64,000 nucleotides of DNA from Mustelus asterias (lineage: Eukaryota). The position numbers and the translations under genes are program-made. The notes below the pieces were generated by a model. It had not been told where the DNA came from, ran no database searches, and worked only from the letters and a program-made list of their open reading frames with translations. Of the stretch, positions 1-13,348 are shown in pieces. Each line of letters opens with the position of its first letter. Position 1 is the first letter of the stretch. The DNA is taken from assembly GCF_964213995.1 (NCBI RefSeq), contig NW_027590123.1, positions 682,001-746,000 of the forward strand. Direction: 5' to 3'.

Positions 1-1900
1 TCTCAGGTTGGAACTGTTAATTGGAAAATCTTCAGTTGGGATTCTTTACTTGTTTATATCTGCTAATTATATTTGTTATTAATTTTTTTTTGTTATTCCG
101 TTTACCTTGTTGTTCCGAACCTTTTCTCATTATAAGGTTTATCTCAATAACATTTTTGGAGGCACCGCGCCAAACATACTCAAATCCTTTTCATGCAAGC
201 CTGTACTGGCCTTTATGGGTAAACAGGAAATTTAGCCAGCTCACCATCAACTGCTCGGAATTCAGGATCCTGTAAATCGAACAGTCAAATAGTAGCCCCA
301 TATTGTGATCAGCATGAGGTTACAATAGGATAAACAATTATTGATTACAAAACGTGGAAAATGGAACAATCACTTATTCCTGAATCCCACAGACGCGCAC
401 ATGAGAAAATATGATTTCCAGAAAATTGACATGCACTTAAATTATTAGAAATGCAGAGCAGAAAAGATCACGGGGGCTATTGTTCAGAAAAAAATCTAAG
501 TGTCAAATTCACTGAAACACTGGAGCAAATCCTGCTGGTGTTTTCAGTGGGAGTTTCAAAATGAATCGCCCACAGTCTGTGCACTACAGAGAGCCCAAAT
601 GTGCTTCACGCTGAAATCAGTATTCCCGGCGGTGGGGCCTCCAGCATAACACTGAGTAAGTGTTCTGTCGGTCGATCTGTCAGTGCCGGTATTGGCCCAT
701 GTGAATAAGCCCACACTGCCGGCATCCCAGTCGCTGGTCAGCTCGATATTTAAAAATAGCAGTGCGGGTGCTGAAAATTTGGAATGAAAACAAAAAATGC
801 AGGAAAAGCACAGGAGCTCTTGCAGCATCTGTGCAGAGTGAAACTGAGTTAACGTTCCAAATCCGTCTGACATGGTCCTTCTAGATGGAGATGGTCGTGG
901 GTTTGGAAGGTGCTGTGAAAGGATCTTTGGTGAATTACTGCAATGCATCTTGAAGATAGTACACACGGCGGCTGCTGAGCTTTATCCTCTTTTAGCCATG
1001 CTGTTACTTGTCTGCTCTTGTTTTTTTGTAAATGTGGAGGCGCTGCGCTTACGGAACGTACTGAATGAACTGTATTGTCTTCCTCCTGTCCTTTTCCATG
1101 TTTATATATGGGGGAATCATCAAGCTGTACTGGACCAGGTTTGAGGGTGAGCTGTATTATTCGTAAAAATGCCAAAACTTCAAAGAAAATATATTTAAAG
1201 AATAACGTTCGAGGGGAGGTTCCTCGTGTTGCTGAATACATGTCCTACTGAGCGCGACTAACACAGACGTCCAGTGGACAGGTGCAGACGAAGTTACAAA
1301 GAAATGTGTCAGAGCTGTTAAAACATCCCCTCCAACATGGATACCACCGGAGACAGCGGGAAGTAAATGTAAGAGCTTCCCACAACATTCTATTGCTTCT
1401 GAGCTTCTTTGAGCTGGCAACTTTTGACCATGTGGATGTGAATATCACAGACAGTTGGGAGGACGAAATTCATTTCAAACAGGGAATTGGACAAATCCTG
1501 AAGGGGAAGGATTTGCAGGAATCTGGGGAATGGACAGAGGAACGGGATTAGTTGCAGCAGTAAAACCAAGAATGAGAATATTAGCACGGAGATGATGATT
1601 TATTCAACGGATGGGCTGGGCTGAGGCAGAAGTGGGGATGTCTGATGTTATTGAGGTGGCTGAGGACAGTATTTGGGATGGAGAGAATATGGGGTTGGAA
1701 ATCCAGTCAGGGTCAAAGGGATATTTAGTTTGTGAGCAGCCTCTGATAGCAACCAGAGAGGGGCGTGGAGCCGCGGGATATGGAATGGAATGAGTGACTG
1801 GAGCTGAAGAGAATGAATTCATTCTTTTCAAAATGTAAATAACCAGAAAAATAATGCAGTCCGACACAGTTAGAATAAGTAACTGGACAGAGAAACTTAC

Positions 1901-2075
1901 CAGGGACACCAACAATAGCCAGGACGGGATAATATCCCTCTTGAATACGTAACAGTACATCGTTGATCTGGTAATCCCATGGTCTCTGAACGTCAATGGA
2001 CTCGACAACGTTCAAGAGGAAATCTCCATCGAATGTTGGAAAATTCCAATCTATTGTTCTCAGATTCTGATCCAT
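1901..2075 (-). CDS. First coding exon of a GPR139/GPR142-like class A GPCR (shark-expanded family)
   Basis: Translates MDQNLRTIDWNFPT...LLRIQEGYYPVLAIVGVP and ends at a phase-1 donor CCTG|GTAAGT (1901/1900). The IxxxYYPxLAxxGVP| ending matches the TM1 start and intron position I recall for chondrichthyan GPR139-like genes. I could not find exon 2 in 1-1900. Confidence 0.7.
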
Positions 2076-3529
2076 TGTTGTAACGTTCCAATCTATTCTC
2101 AGATTCTGATCTCTCCTCCCCCTATCACTCGAGCTGTGAGTGCCGCAGTTTATGCTCCCATTGAAAAGAATCCCTTATTACTCGAAGAGGGAAACCCTCC
2201 AGTGACACAGTTGGGATCCATGGAGGCTGCCATTTATTACACTCACTAAACAAACAAGTTCAGTTAACTCCTTTCAATCCAAAACATTTTGTATCACAAC
2301 CAAGTCAAACATTTACTCGCTATGGGTTGGATGTAGAGGTTGACTGAGGACAGGAATATAGAACATACTGACCATAATATTTCAATCCTCCTTGGATATG
2401 GGAGTGGTGCCAGAGCACGGGAGAGCTGTGAATGTTCCATGTTTAGAAAAGGAGAAAGAGATAAACCATTGAACCAACAGAGCAGTCCAGGTGAAATGAG
2501 CGGGGGGAAAATGGGGATTTCCAGTGTAAAGTGTTGTCCCTGACCGAATGTTGCAGACTGACACATTCCAGAGTCCAGGACTCCGTGCTGAGGGATGCAC
2601 TAAAGCTTGAGGCGTCCACCCCAGATGTGCAAAGGGGTAAGGGTGCGGTGTAAGTCCTTTCAGCCATCGTGATTTGAGGATGGGGAAACGTAAAGAACCC
2701 CTCGGGCCTTACGATTCACATAGAATGTACACGGTTCATGTTACATGTATCACAATTAATTGAAGCAATCAGAATGCAACTTGATTTTTGCAGACCACTC
2801 GAATATTCGTGCACTTTGTGTGATGGCCATTTTGTTCAGAATGTTCTTTCATACATTTTACAAAAAAAAGAATCTTTGCAAGAAAAACCATCGAGCAGAG
2901 TGAGTGAATCGAAGACACAGGAGCCAGCAACTCGGAAAATGGGTGAAAAGAGGACCTGGATGCCGTCACCACCATTTAGAACAGAGTGTACTGAACTGGA
3001 ATGCCTTTGTACCATTCGTAATGACCATTTTCTAATGTCTGCAATGTTTCTTTGAATGTATTGAAGCGCCTCAGATTGCAACATGATATATGCAGAGAAA
3101 CTGTATATTACTGTACTTTGTGTGATGTCCACTTTGAAATGTTTGTAATGTTCTTCCAGATATTTAAAGTATATTTTTGCAAAAACAAAAAATAGGATTT
3201 TGATCTGGAAGGTCAGGGTCCTCATTGACAATCCCAACAGGGACAGATCAGAATGGTGTACTGCTGTCATTGCCTGGGAGCTCAGGCGTTTCGACATTGA
3301 CATTACGACTCTAAGTGAATCCCGGTGGGCTGGGCAAGGCCAGCTTGAACAACAAGTAGGTGGTTAAACTTTCTCCTCGAAAGGTAAATCAGAAGAATAT
3401 CGCTGGCTCTATGGGGTTGGCTTTGACACCAAAAATAAACGAGCCTGCCATCTCTGAGACTCGCTTGGCGGGATAAGTGAATTCCTCATGAACCTTCGGG
3501 TCAACGTAACCCAGAACCAGTGTGCTGGT

Positions 3530-4240
3530 TCCAATGTGAAAGCATCGTTTCTTGTGCTGCACAGTCAACCATACCGTTCATAGTGTAAAGAGGGGAAAAT
3601 GAAAAGGAGAGAGTGCAGAATATACAGTTACAGTCATAGCTCGGGTGAAGAGAAAGGTCAGCTTAATAAAAGATAGGACAATTCAAAACTCTGACGGCAG
3701 CAGGAAAGAACCTGTTTCTGAGTTGGTTGGTACGTATTTTCAGACTCTTTCACCTTTTTTCCCGATGGAAGAGAGTATATCCGTGGTACATGGGGAGCTT
3801 GATTATGCTGGCTGCTTTTCTGATGCAGCGGGAAGTGTGGACGGAACCAATCATGGGAGGCTAGTTTGTGTAATGGAGTTGGCTACGTTCGCAACCTCTT
3901 GCAGCCTTGGTCAGGGCAGGAACCATACCAAACTGCGATAAATACAGAAAGGTTGCTTTCTATGGTGCATCTGTAAACAATGGTGAGTGTCGCAGTGGAC
4001 AACCTGAATGTTCTCAGCTCCCTGAGAAAGTGGAGGCACTGGTGCGCTTTCCTAACTACAGCGTCAGCATGGAGTGACCAGGACAGTTTGTTGGTGATTC
4101 TAACATTTGGAAAATTGATGTTCTCGACCATCTCCACTTCATCACCTTGATGAAGACAGGGACATGCTCTGCACGAGGTTTCCTGACGTTGACGACTAGC
4201 TCCTTCGATTTACTGACATTGAGGGAGAAATTATTGTCCT
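3530..4240 (-). mobile_element. Rex1/L2-group LINE 3' fragment
   Basis: ORFs 3883..4137 and 4056..4325 read LNVSKSKELVV..RK, LSWSLH..AVVRKAHQCLHFLRELR, YRCTIES. Same family as 27430-28168. Confidence 0.65.
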
Positions 4241-4552
4241 CGCCCCATTTCCCAAGGAAATTAAACAGCAACTCTACCCTGTTCCTGACAAAACCCCTAG
4301 AACACGGCCTTGTCACAGCCAACATCTTGTTCCATCAGAGATACATGGCGACACACTCGTTCCAACTGAAACCTGCCCAACTATGTCACTGTCTGAGCGA
4401 GCGACCGGAAGGACGTGCGTTATCATCCCTGCCATGGCAGGTGCCAAAGACTGCCAGACAAACCGCTGTCCAATCCGCTCTGTGATCAACATCAATGTCA
4501 CCCCAAAGCAGCAACGGAAACAGAACCAATGCCGCAGAAAACACAAAGCTCA

Positions 4553-4868
4553 GGTGAGGCACAGTGGCACAATAGTTAGCGCTACTGCCTCACATCGCCG
4601 TGGCCCCAGGTTCAATTCCCGGCCTGGGTCATTGTCTGTGCGGAGTCTGCACATTCTTCCCATGTCTGCGTGGCTTTCCTCCGGGTGGTCCGGTTTTCGC
4701 CCACAGCCCGAAAGACGTGCTGGTTAGGTGCATTGGCCAAGTTAAATTCTCGCTCAGTGTACTCGAATTGGAGTTGAAGTGTGGCGACTGGGGAACTTTT
4801 ACCGTAAATTCATTGCAGTGTTAATGTAAGCGTACTTGTGACATTAATAATTAAACTTAAAATAAACT
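4553..4868 (+). mobile_element. tRNA-derived V-SINE (HE1-like head and core, TTCATTGCAGTGTTAATGTAAGC tail type)
   Basis: A/B-box-like head, V-core variant TGTGCGGAGTCTGCACATTCT..GTCTGCGTGG, A-rich tail. Confidence 0.8.
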
Positions 4869-5051
4869 TTGCTGAGAGAGCCCTATTTAGCCAACACCCC
4901 ACTGACAACCCGATGAATCCTGGTGACCCAGAGATGCAGAGTGTCCACAGCGCCTGTTCCGCCCTCAAGACCTCCAAAGAGACGCTTGGTCACTTGGCCA
5001 GGAAACACCAAGACTGCTGAATGAACGATCGGAGATCCAGCAGCTGGTAAG

Positions 5052-5375
5052 GGCGCAGAGTGGCACAAGGATCCAGGTTCGAGGACGGCCTTGGGTGACT
5101 GTCTGTGTGGAGTTTGCACAGTCTCGCCATGTCTGTGTGTGTTTCCTCCGGGTGCTGTGGTTTCGTTCCAAAATACAAAGATGTGCAGGTTAAGTGGATT
5201 GGCCATGCTGAATTGCCATCCGTGTCCCAAGCTCTCTAGGTTAGGTCGAATGGCCATGGAAACTGAGTGGGGTTACTGAAAATGGCGGGGTTGAAGTGGG
5301 CCTGTTTAAGGTGCTGAGTCAGTACAGACTCATTAGGCTGAATGGCTTCCTTCTGCACTGTAGGGATTCTATGGT
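5052..5375 (+). mobile_element. HE1-like V-SINE with CR1-type 3' tail
   Basis: V-core plus tail GAATGGCTTCCTTCTGCACTGTAGGGATTCTATG. Confidence 0.8.
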
Positions 5376-7619
5376 TCTCAGCATTAAGGTCAAGGCGTTT
5401 CGGAACCTGCAGGAGCAGCACAACTCGAGAACAAAACGTAGCTCTGCAGCCTAACCTCCATAAAAAAAAGACTTGAAGAATCGATGCTGCGTGGAGAAAG
5501 AGCAGGAGATCCAGCAGTTAACTGGCAACTGTGATAGCCAGGGTTTCTTTACCGCAGTTGAGATCACCTGCAGCCGAAGAACCCAAGGTTCCACTCCATT
5601 GTTGGCCAAGAAGGGGGAGATGTTCATCAAGAAAATGGAAGCAGTCAGCACCCGTTGGAAGGGCCTCCTTAACACAGATTCTATCTTCAACGTGCGTGTC
5701 CTTGACTCCATTCCACAACATGCTATCCATGACCATCTCAGCACAAACATAACCGGAACAAGGTAGAAAAGGCCATTCAACAGCTAAAGAACAACAAGCC
5801 ATCTTGAACAGATGAAGTCCCTGTTAAAGAATTAGAACATAGCGGAAAAGCACTATTGTTGTAAATACACGACCTGACTTCCATTCCCCGGAAGGAAGAA
5901 AACGTGCCAGGAGATCTCAAGTACACCACAATCATGACCATCTTCAAGAAAGGTGACAAGTCCGACTTCTGTAACTACAGAGGAATTTCCCTGCTATTAG
6001 CCACAGGGAAGATCATCATAAGAATCTTCCTTAATCGTCTTCTCCCTGTGGCTGCAGCGCTCCTCCCAGAGACCTGACGTGGATTCCGGCCACTCAGGTG
6101 TACAATGGATATGATCTTCACTGTGCGGCATCTGCAGATGACAGCGTCAACCTTTGTATGTGGCTTTCTGTAACCCCACAAAGCCCTTTCACACTTTTAA
6201 TCGCCAGGGATTATGGAAAATTATCCTCCACCTTGACTCCTCCAAAGGTTTTTCCCCAACATCCATCTGCTCCACGATGACATGGAAGCTGCGATCCTGA
6301 TCAACGGAACCACCACAGACCCAATTCATGTTCAGATGGGTTCAAAAAAGGCTGCTTCATCACACTAACGCTCTTCTTATTCTTGCTGCAATGCTCGATC
6401 TGACTCTCAGCCAGATCCCTGCTGGAATTGAGTTGAACAACAGAACAACTGTGTCTGCTGTTCGTTTTTCCAGTTTACTACTGTCAGGAAAACAGCGGTA
6501 ATGATCAATATTTGCATTGTTCAATAGTAGAAGTAAGGAATAGTTTTAAGTGGGTTTAATTTAGTGTTTCTGTGTAAGAGGAAAAAACCTCTAACTGGAT
6601 TCATGATGGACAAGGGTGTTTGTATCTGTGGGATTTTTGGTCAGTTCAAACTGTGTTTCTCCTGTGCTTCGAGAGGGTAAAACATAACAAGTAAACAAGC
6701 TGGGAGAAGTAAAAGTCGTTGCTGACAAACCAGGTGCACCTTTCGGGTGTCATTTTTAGATAACTTAACAACACTTGCTTTTGGAAAGCTAGAGAGCGAA
6801 CAGCTCTCTCAGTTTTGCTGGATAAAAAGCCATACAATGGAGTAATTGTTAATGAATGATGGAAAGCGTCAGTTTTTCTGAGATTGAAAATACTCATGTG
6901 ACAATCATCTGGAGGGAGTTTGAGGAGAAAACCACTAAAGATTGGTTGATTGGCATAGGCCATTTAATTTCAGAGTAGGGTGTTACCTTTGAAAACAGTA
7001 CGCATTTGTGAAGCTGAGAGGGGAGTAAAAGAGTATTGTACTATAATCAAACGTTTAATGTTTAAGAAATGCTTTTTCTGTTAAAAAATTATTAGCAGTC
7101 CAATGACTCTGTTCCTCATGTTATCTAAGAAAAAAGAAAAACGTAAAGTCCTGTAAGCTTCCAACCAGTAGTAGTAACATAAGATGGGGTTGTGACACTT
7201 CTGAACACTTTATATTCAGCTGTTATAATCCGGGCCAGAAGCGCCAAGGTGTTTTATGAAGTCAGCCCAGAGCAGAAGTTTTGCACCTTGCATTTGGCAC
7301 GGATAAGCATAAAATATTTCGCTCGAGGTAGGATCCAAATGTCCCTCACGGGACCTTTTACCAAACAAAGTTTACTTAAGTACACAGTTAACAGATAATA
7401 CAGAAATCAGCATAACTTTTACCAATTACAAAAAAAAAACAACCATGATCTTGGATAAGCCTCAACAGCTAAATATACTGTCCCAAACTAAACAGCACCC
7501 ACAACCATATATCCTGTTCAAGGCTGAGCAAATTAAGCAAGTATGCTCACACGATGCAGCATTTTGCAGTTTCGTAACACCTGCTGCGAATTAGTCCTGT
7601 GGAAATGGAATTGAGAGAG

Positions 7620-8562
7620 AATCACAGAATCACAGAACACTGCAGTGCAGGAGAGGGCCTTTGGCCCATCGAGTCTGCAATGACGGAAGAAATGCCCTGA
7701 TCTGCCCACCTAATCCCACTTGCCAGCACTTGGCCCATAGCCTTGAATGTTCTGGCTTGCCAAGTACTCATCCAGGTAATTTTTAAAGAATGTGAGTCAT
7801 CCCGCCTCTACCCCCACCCCTCTGCCCTCCGCCCAGGCAATGCATTCCAGACTGTCACCACCCTCTGAGTAAATAACGTTTTCCTCAAATCTCCCCTAAT
7901 CCTCCCACCCCTCACTTTTATCCTATGTCCACTCGTCACTGACCTTTCAACTAAGGGGAACAGCTACTCTCCATCCACATTGTTCACGCCCCTCATAATT
8001 TCCAACGCCTCAATCAGGTCGCCCCTCAGACTTCTCTGCTCCAACAAAAGCAACTCAAGCCTATACAGCCTCTCTTTATAACGTACATGTTCCATCCCAG
8101 GCGGCATCCTGGTAAATAACCTCTGCACTGCCTCCAGTGCTTTCACATCATTCCTACAATGTGGCGACCAGAGCTGCACGCAGTACTCCAGCTGTGGCCT
8201 CACCAAAGTTCGATGCAACTCCATCATGACCTCTCTGCTTTTGTAATCTAGACCCCGATTGATAAAGGCGAGTGTGCCATGTGCCTTTTTCAACACCCAA
8301 TTAACCTGCATTTCCGCCTTAAGTGATCTATGGACGAACACGCCAAGGTCCCTTTGTTCTTCGGAACTTCCCAGTGTCGGGCTTTTCATAGCACATTTCC
8401 TTGTCAAATTACTCCTTCCAAAGCGCATCACCTCTCATTTTTCAGGGTTTAATTCCATCTGCTACTTATCCACCCATTTGGCCATCTCGTCTATATCTTC
8501 ATGTAACCTAAGACACTCAACCTCATTGTTAACCACCTGGCCAATCTTTGTGTCATCGGGAA
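7620..8562 (-). mobile_element. CR1 LINE 3' fragment
   Basis: ORF 7964..8431 contains QRDLGVFVHRSLK and LVRPQLEYCVQLWSPH. Short tandem tail near 7620. Confidence 0.9.
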
Positions 8563-8714
8563 ACCCGGAGGCTTTCTGGCCCTGGAACATTTAGCACAAT
8601 TCGAGGCAGAAACATTCGTTGCTCTAGCTTTCAGCTAACCAGCCACCCACAGCAGAATTTCCAACACCAGGAACAGAGACAAAAAAACATTGTTTTCAGC
8701 CTACAGTCCAAACA

Positions 8715-9290
8715 GCTTCTCTGTATTTCTCTCTCTATCTCTTTCTCTCTGTCACTTTATCTCTGTCTCTGAATCTGCATGTCTCCCTCTGAGTTTCTCT
8801 CTCTCTGTCTCTCTCTCTGTATCTGTGTGTCGCTCTCTGTATTTCTCTGTGTGTGTGTCTCTCTCAGTATTTCTCTCTTTGTATCTCCCTGTATTTCTCT
8901 CTGCCTTTCTCTCTCTGTATTTCTCTGTCCTTGTCTGTCTCTGTATCTGTGTGTGTCTCTCTGTATCTGTGTGTCTCTTTGTATATGTGTGTCTCTCTCT
9001 CTCGGTATCTGTGTGTCTCTATGTATCTGGCTGTCTCTCTGTATTTCTCTCTGTCTCGCTCTATATTTTTCTCTGTCTGTCTCTCTGTATTTCTCTCTGT
9101 CTATTTCTCTGCAATTTTTCTCTCCTTGTCTCTCTCTGCATCTGTGTGTGTCTCTCTCTGCGTCTGTCTGTCTCTCTCTCTGGATCTGTGTGTCTCTCTC
9201 TGCATCTGTTGTCTTTCTTTGTATCTGCGTGTCTGTCTCTGTATCTGTGTGTCTCTCTGCATCTGCGTGTCTCTTTGGACTGTGTGTCCA
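8715..9290. repeat. Degenerate (CT)/(TG) low-complexity tract
   Basis: Runs of TCTCTCTGTATCTGTGTGTC-type units. The long S/L/C/V-rich ORFs here are artefacts. Confidence 0.9.
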
Positions 9291-10134
9291 AAGCCCATCG
9301 ACACCGCTCTATTTTCTCTATTACACGGTTTCCCCCTTTTCCCAGACAGGGATTTTTCGCCAATCCTGCCTGGGATGTGTTTGAACTCAAGATTCTTCAA
9401 TGAAAGAGTCACTGCGCCATCGAGCGGCCTATCTGTCTAACGACAGCTTTACCGCTGCCTTTTTCTGATGAACTCCAGAGACAGAATGATTGAACAGCCA
9501 GAAGAACCTCGGTGATTTCACCCATAAACTGTTCTGTCACTGTCGAGTGACGGGCAGTTCTCAACAACAAAGGCTCTGCTTCATCAAAGGCCGATACAGC
9601 ACAGTATATGGGAGAAGAAAGTTTATTTTGCACTGTCCCACCCTAACACTGCAAAGATCGCTGCAGCACAGGTTTTCAGAGCAATTTTCTCTCCCCATTG
9701 CCCGATTAAATAGTTCGAAGCCAGGTTTGCAACCGGCCAGATATAAAACTCGGTTAGAACAGTTGGGTATTAACCATGAGAGACTGGGATGTTTTCCGCA
9801 AAAACATGCAGCTGGGACACATTTCCAATGATTGTCAGCAATTGGGGCCTATGAGGTATACTAGGGGAAAACACGCAGAAATTCGGAGATCTTGGGGTCA
9901 ATCTGAAACAACAGATAAACGGAGGTTATTGGAAATGGTCCCAGAGAATGCGGTTTAATCTGATAGAGAGACTCCCGCTTCTCACTTTCTCTCAAACACA
10001 TAAATAGATGTTTTGCCCCCATGTTCCGTTAGAAACGCACACGCTCCGTTTTCTGGTGAAAACAAAGCGACTCTCTGCTTCAAACTGTCCGCTTTGCACG
10101 AATTAACACTACTCCACTGACTCCATTTCGATGA

Positions 10135-11035
10135 TGCATTATCCCCAATAGACGCCATTCCCTCTGATTCCATCCCCGGAAATCATAGGGTCATAGAGGT
10201 TCACAGCATGGAAACAGGCCCTTCAGCCCATCTTGTCCATGCCTCCCTTTTTTTTTTAAACCCCTAAGCTAATCCCAATTGCCCTCATTTGGCCCATATC
10301 CCTCTATACCCATCTTACCCATGTAACTATCTAAATGCTTTTGAAAATATAACATTGTACCCGCCTCTACTACTACCTCTGGCAGCTTGTTCCAGACACT
10401 CACCACCCTCTGTCTGAAAAAAATGCCCCTCCGGACACTGTTGTATCTCTCCCCCTCACCTTAAACCTATGCCCTCTACTTTTAGACTCCCCTACGTTTG
10501 GGAAAAGATATTGACTATCTACCTTGTTTTTGCCCCTCATTATTTTATAGACCTCTACAAGGTCACCCCTCAGCCTCCTACGCTCCAGAGAAAAAGTCCC
10601 GGTCTATTCAGCCTCTCCTTATAACTCAATTCATCATGTCCCGGTAGCATCCTAGTAAAAATAATCACTGAACATCACTCCAGGGATCCTCTCTCCCTGC
10701 TCCATTCCCTCTGACTCCATCCCCCAGAACTCAGTCAACATCACCCCAGGGATCCTCTCTCCTTGCTCCATTCCCTCTGATGCCAAGCCCCGAAATCACT
10801 GAACACCACCCCAGGGATCCTCTCTCTGCTGCATTCCCTCTGATACCCACTGATACGATCTGATACCATCCCCCGGATCTCCCTGAATATCACCTGAAGG
10901 ATCCTCTCTCCCTGCTCCACTCCCTCTGAATCCATCCCCCTAAACTCACTGAACATCACCCGAGGGATTCTCTCTGCCTGCTTCATTTCCTTTGCTGCCA
11001 TAACCCTGAACCCACTACATATCACCCCAGGGATC
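10135..11035. repeat. ~65-66-bp minisatellite interrupted by a CR1 fragment
   Basis: CAGGGATCCTCTCTCCCTGCTCCATTCCCTCTGA variants recur at 10681, 10747, 10812, 10897, 10962 and 11028. A partial unit lies at 10135-10182. Confidence 0.85.
10183..10657 (-). mobile_element. CR1 LINE 3' fragment
   Basis: Same subfamily as the 3' parts of 19015-20128 and 59370-59945. Confidence 0.85.
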
Positions 11036-11674
11036 TACCAGTGCCATTCCAAACTTTCATGCCCTGACCTTTCTGTCCACCTCCGTCTCATCATGTTCTT
11101 CTACAGGCTGTGGATGATATCAACATTTCCTGAGGATTCTGGTCTAGTTCTTTGTATGTTCCAACATTCCTGAAGCTGAGAAGTTTTCATTCTAAAGTTC
11201 TGGATTTCAGCTCCGAGATTTGATTTGCTTACAATGTCATATCAACTTCAGGTAGAGAAGAATGAACGGCCTGCATGCGAGTTCAGAAGCACTTCTCTGA
11301 ATGGGTACAGTTGAAAATTAAGTTCCTTTCTGCTCGAATCTCTAATACTCACCATGTGCACCGCCCCACGCAGCCAAGGGCCGACCCTCCCTCACTCTGT
11401 TACTTTTACCTTCAGTCGGTATGATTCCCCATCTCGATGTACCTTCCCCAGGATCGGGAGGTCTCACGTTGGTCAGGGCGACCGTTTGTTGCTCACGCAT
11501 GCGGTACTGAATCTGAGAATGAGTGATTGGATAATGTAGTGGGAGATTTGTACTGCATCACACCTATGCCATACCTGTCCTATAATGTGACACCAGATTG
11601 TAGAGGGAGGTTTTAATTCTATCTGTGCTTAACCTATTGGACGTAATGACATGCTTTGCTGATAACCAGTATAT

Positions 11675-11680
11675 ATACAC

Positions 11681-11720
<40 letters not shown>

Positions 11721-11748
11721 GCACGCGCACGCACACACACACACATAC
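11675..11748. repeat. (CA)n/(CG) microsatellite
   Basis: Direct inspection. Confidence 0.9.
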
Positions 11749-11876
11749 ATTTTTGTTGTTATGAGTCTTTGCTGGTTAGGGCGATGACAATATTCTATTC
11801 ACAACAAATTATTAATACAACCTTACGAAAGATGGAATTATTAATAGGAATAAAATTTAACAATTTGGTTAAAGTA

Positions 11877-11964
11877 CCCCAAGTTGTCTCGGAGTATGAT
11901 TCCTGCTGTTGGTATTTGAGATCAAATGTGCATGAAATGCTGAGTTCAAATCCCGGACATGCCC
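11877..11964 (+). pseudogene. Decayed intron-containing tRNA-Pro
   Basis: GTATGATT...GG + 16-nt insert TATTTGAGATCAAATG (11913-11928) + TGC..GTTCAAATCCCGGACATGCCC. Aligns as 36+36-nt exons with tRNA-Pro. Confidence 0.65.
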
Positions 11965-12229
11965 TGTGATGTTGTTTCCTATTGCCCAATTCGCAGGTTC
12001 TGTTCATTTCTTCCCGCCACAGACGGGGGGATTGGTTCACATGGGGCTTGGTTTGAGAATCTGAGTACAACCTGCAGGGAATCTATCATCACAACACGCT
12101 CACTCGAAAAACAGCTTTCAAAAGGGTTGACTTGGAAGGGGACATTCATTTTATCATCATTCACCTGTTCAAGAGACCCCACAATTGCCCGTTCAGGCAG
12201 TTGAGGCAGTTGGCTGGATGTTTCTGTTT

Positions 12230-12660
12230 ATTCATTGACGAGATGTGGGTGTCTCTGGCTCGGCCGGCATTTATTACCCATCAGTAATTCCCTTGAGAAG
12301 GTGGCGGTGAGCTGCCTTCTTGAACTGCTGCAGTCTATTGGTATAGATACATCCATAGTGCTGTTAGTGGCGGGGGAGCGGTTATTCCAGGACCTTCTCC
12401 CAATGACGATGAAGGTTCAGCGATACATTTCCAAGTCAACATTGTGATCGGCATGGAGGGGATTCTCCTCGTGATAACGGTCTTGGGTTTGCAAAGTGCT
12501 GTCTAAGGTGTATTTGGTGAGTTCCTGCACCGATCAGGCAAGTGGGGTGTATTCACTCACATTCCCGAGTTGTGCCTTGTAGATGGTGGACATGTTTTGG
12601 GGAGTCAGGTGAGTTACTCGCCGCAGGATTCCCAGCCTCTGACCTGTTCTTGTGACCACT
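12230..12660 (-). mobile_element. CR1/L2-group (Crack-like) LINE 3' fragment
   Basis: Homologous to 28265-28885. An inverted paralogue lies at about 25030-25500. Confidence 0.6.
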
Positions 12661-13082
12661 GCACGAATTGATAAAATGTGTGTTGAGTCAAAATAGGAGC
12701 ATCATTTTTCCTGGTCAGTGTGCAGTGGATACTCAGCACTTCAGTTTCATTTTTTTCTGAATGCATATTGAGGCATATGTAAGAGCTAATGTCATATGCA
12801 TGCACAGTATTACATTCAAGTAATATTCGAGTGTTGATTCTCTGAGGGGAATGGTTACTGGTTTGGCAGTCTTATAGACTTTGGACAGCAGTTTGAATTC
12901 CACCACGGCGGGTTAACTCAGCAACTCAATTCAAGGGCAATTAGAGGTGATTGTAAATGAAGGAAGACAATCTCAATGATGGACCTTTTCCTCACAAGTA
13001 AACGCAAAATTTTGACAAAGTTTCTACCTGAAACTTTCGAAACATCGGGCCAATATGCAACAACTCTCATGTTTTCACATGT

Positions 13083-13155
13083 GGGCCAGTGGCGCAATGG
13101 ATAATGAGTCTGACTACGGATCAGAAGATTCCAAGTTCGACTCCTGCTTGGCTCG
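13083..13155 (+). tRNA. tRNA-Arg(ACG) variant, probably a pseudogene
   Basis: GGGCCAGTGGCGCAATGGATAATGAGTCTGACTACGGATCAGAAG...GGCTCG. About 5 substitutions relative to the perfect copy at 24498-24570, including stem positions. Confidence 0.85.
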
Positions 13156-13283
13156 GTGCAAACGTTTAAATGATGAGTACAGAGCAAAGATAAAATTGCT
13201 GTAAAACCGAGATTTGAGTAATGTTCAGCAACTAACTAAAATCGTATAAATGACCCACACGATACATGAGAATGCTTAATTAA

Positions 13284-13348
13284 TGTTTCGGCCCAGTTTC
13301 AAACCGGGGACTTTTCGTGTGTTGGGCGAACGTGAGAATCACCACACT
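13284..13348 (-). pseudogene. tRNA-Val(AAC) pseudogene, 5' end lost
   Basis: Reverse complement CACGTTCGCCCAACACACGAAAAGTCCCCGGTTTGAAACTGGGCCGAAACA. Confidence 0.75.

Larger units (their letters stand above)
3200..6450 (+). mobile_element. Decayed RTE-clade LINE, interrupted by other elements
   Basis: Fragments resemble the RTE endonuclease (ELRRFDIDI..LSE, GVGF) and RT region (QEIQQL..GFF.AV, VLDSIPQ, NYRGISLL, GFRP...MDMIFTVR). It is split by insertions at about 3530-4240, 4553-4868 and 5052-5375. Confidence 0.7.

Noticed and set aside
1000-1450. Minus-strand TM-like and tail-like fragments (LLPAVSGG.., SPIYK, NTVHSV)
   Set aside because: Splice phases are unclear and the motifs are too weak. 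This is not exon 2 of the GPCR.
2770-3100. Minus-strand C...EWYK Ig-like word
   Set aside because: No second Cys motif or exon boundaries.
6480-7620. Possible solo LTR-like sequences (TG...CA ends)
   Set aside because: No target-site duplication, second copy or internal genes could be confirmed.
8690-9440. Long 195-237-aa ORFs in three frames
   Set aside because: They arise from CT/TG low complexity that lacks stop codons.
10660-11035. Regularly spaced repeats resembling a CRISPR array
   Set aside because: Whole units repeat with no unique spacers; this is a vertebrate minisatellite.
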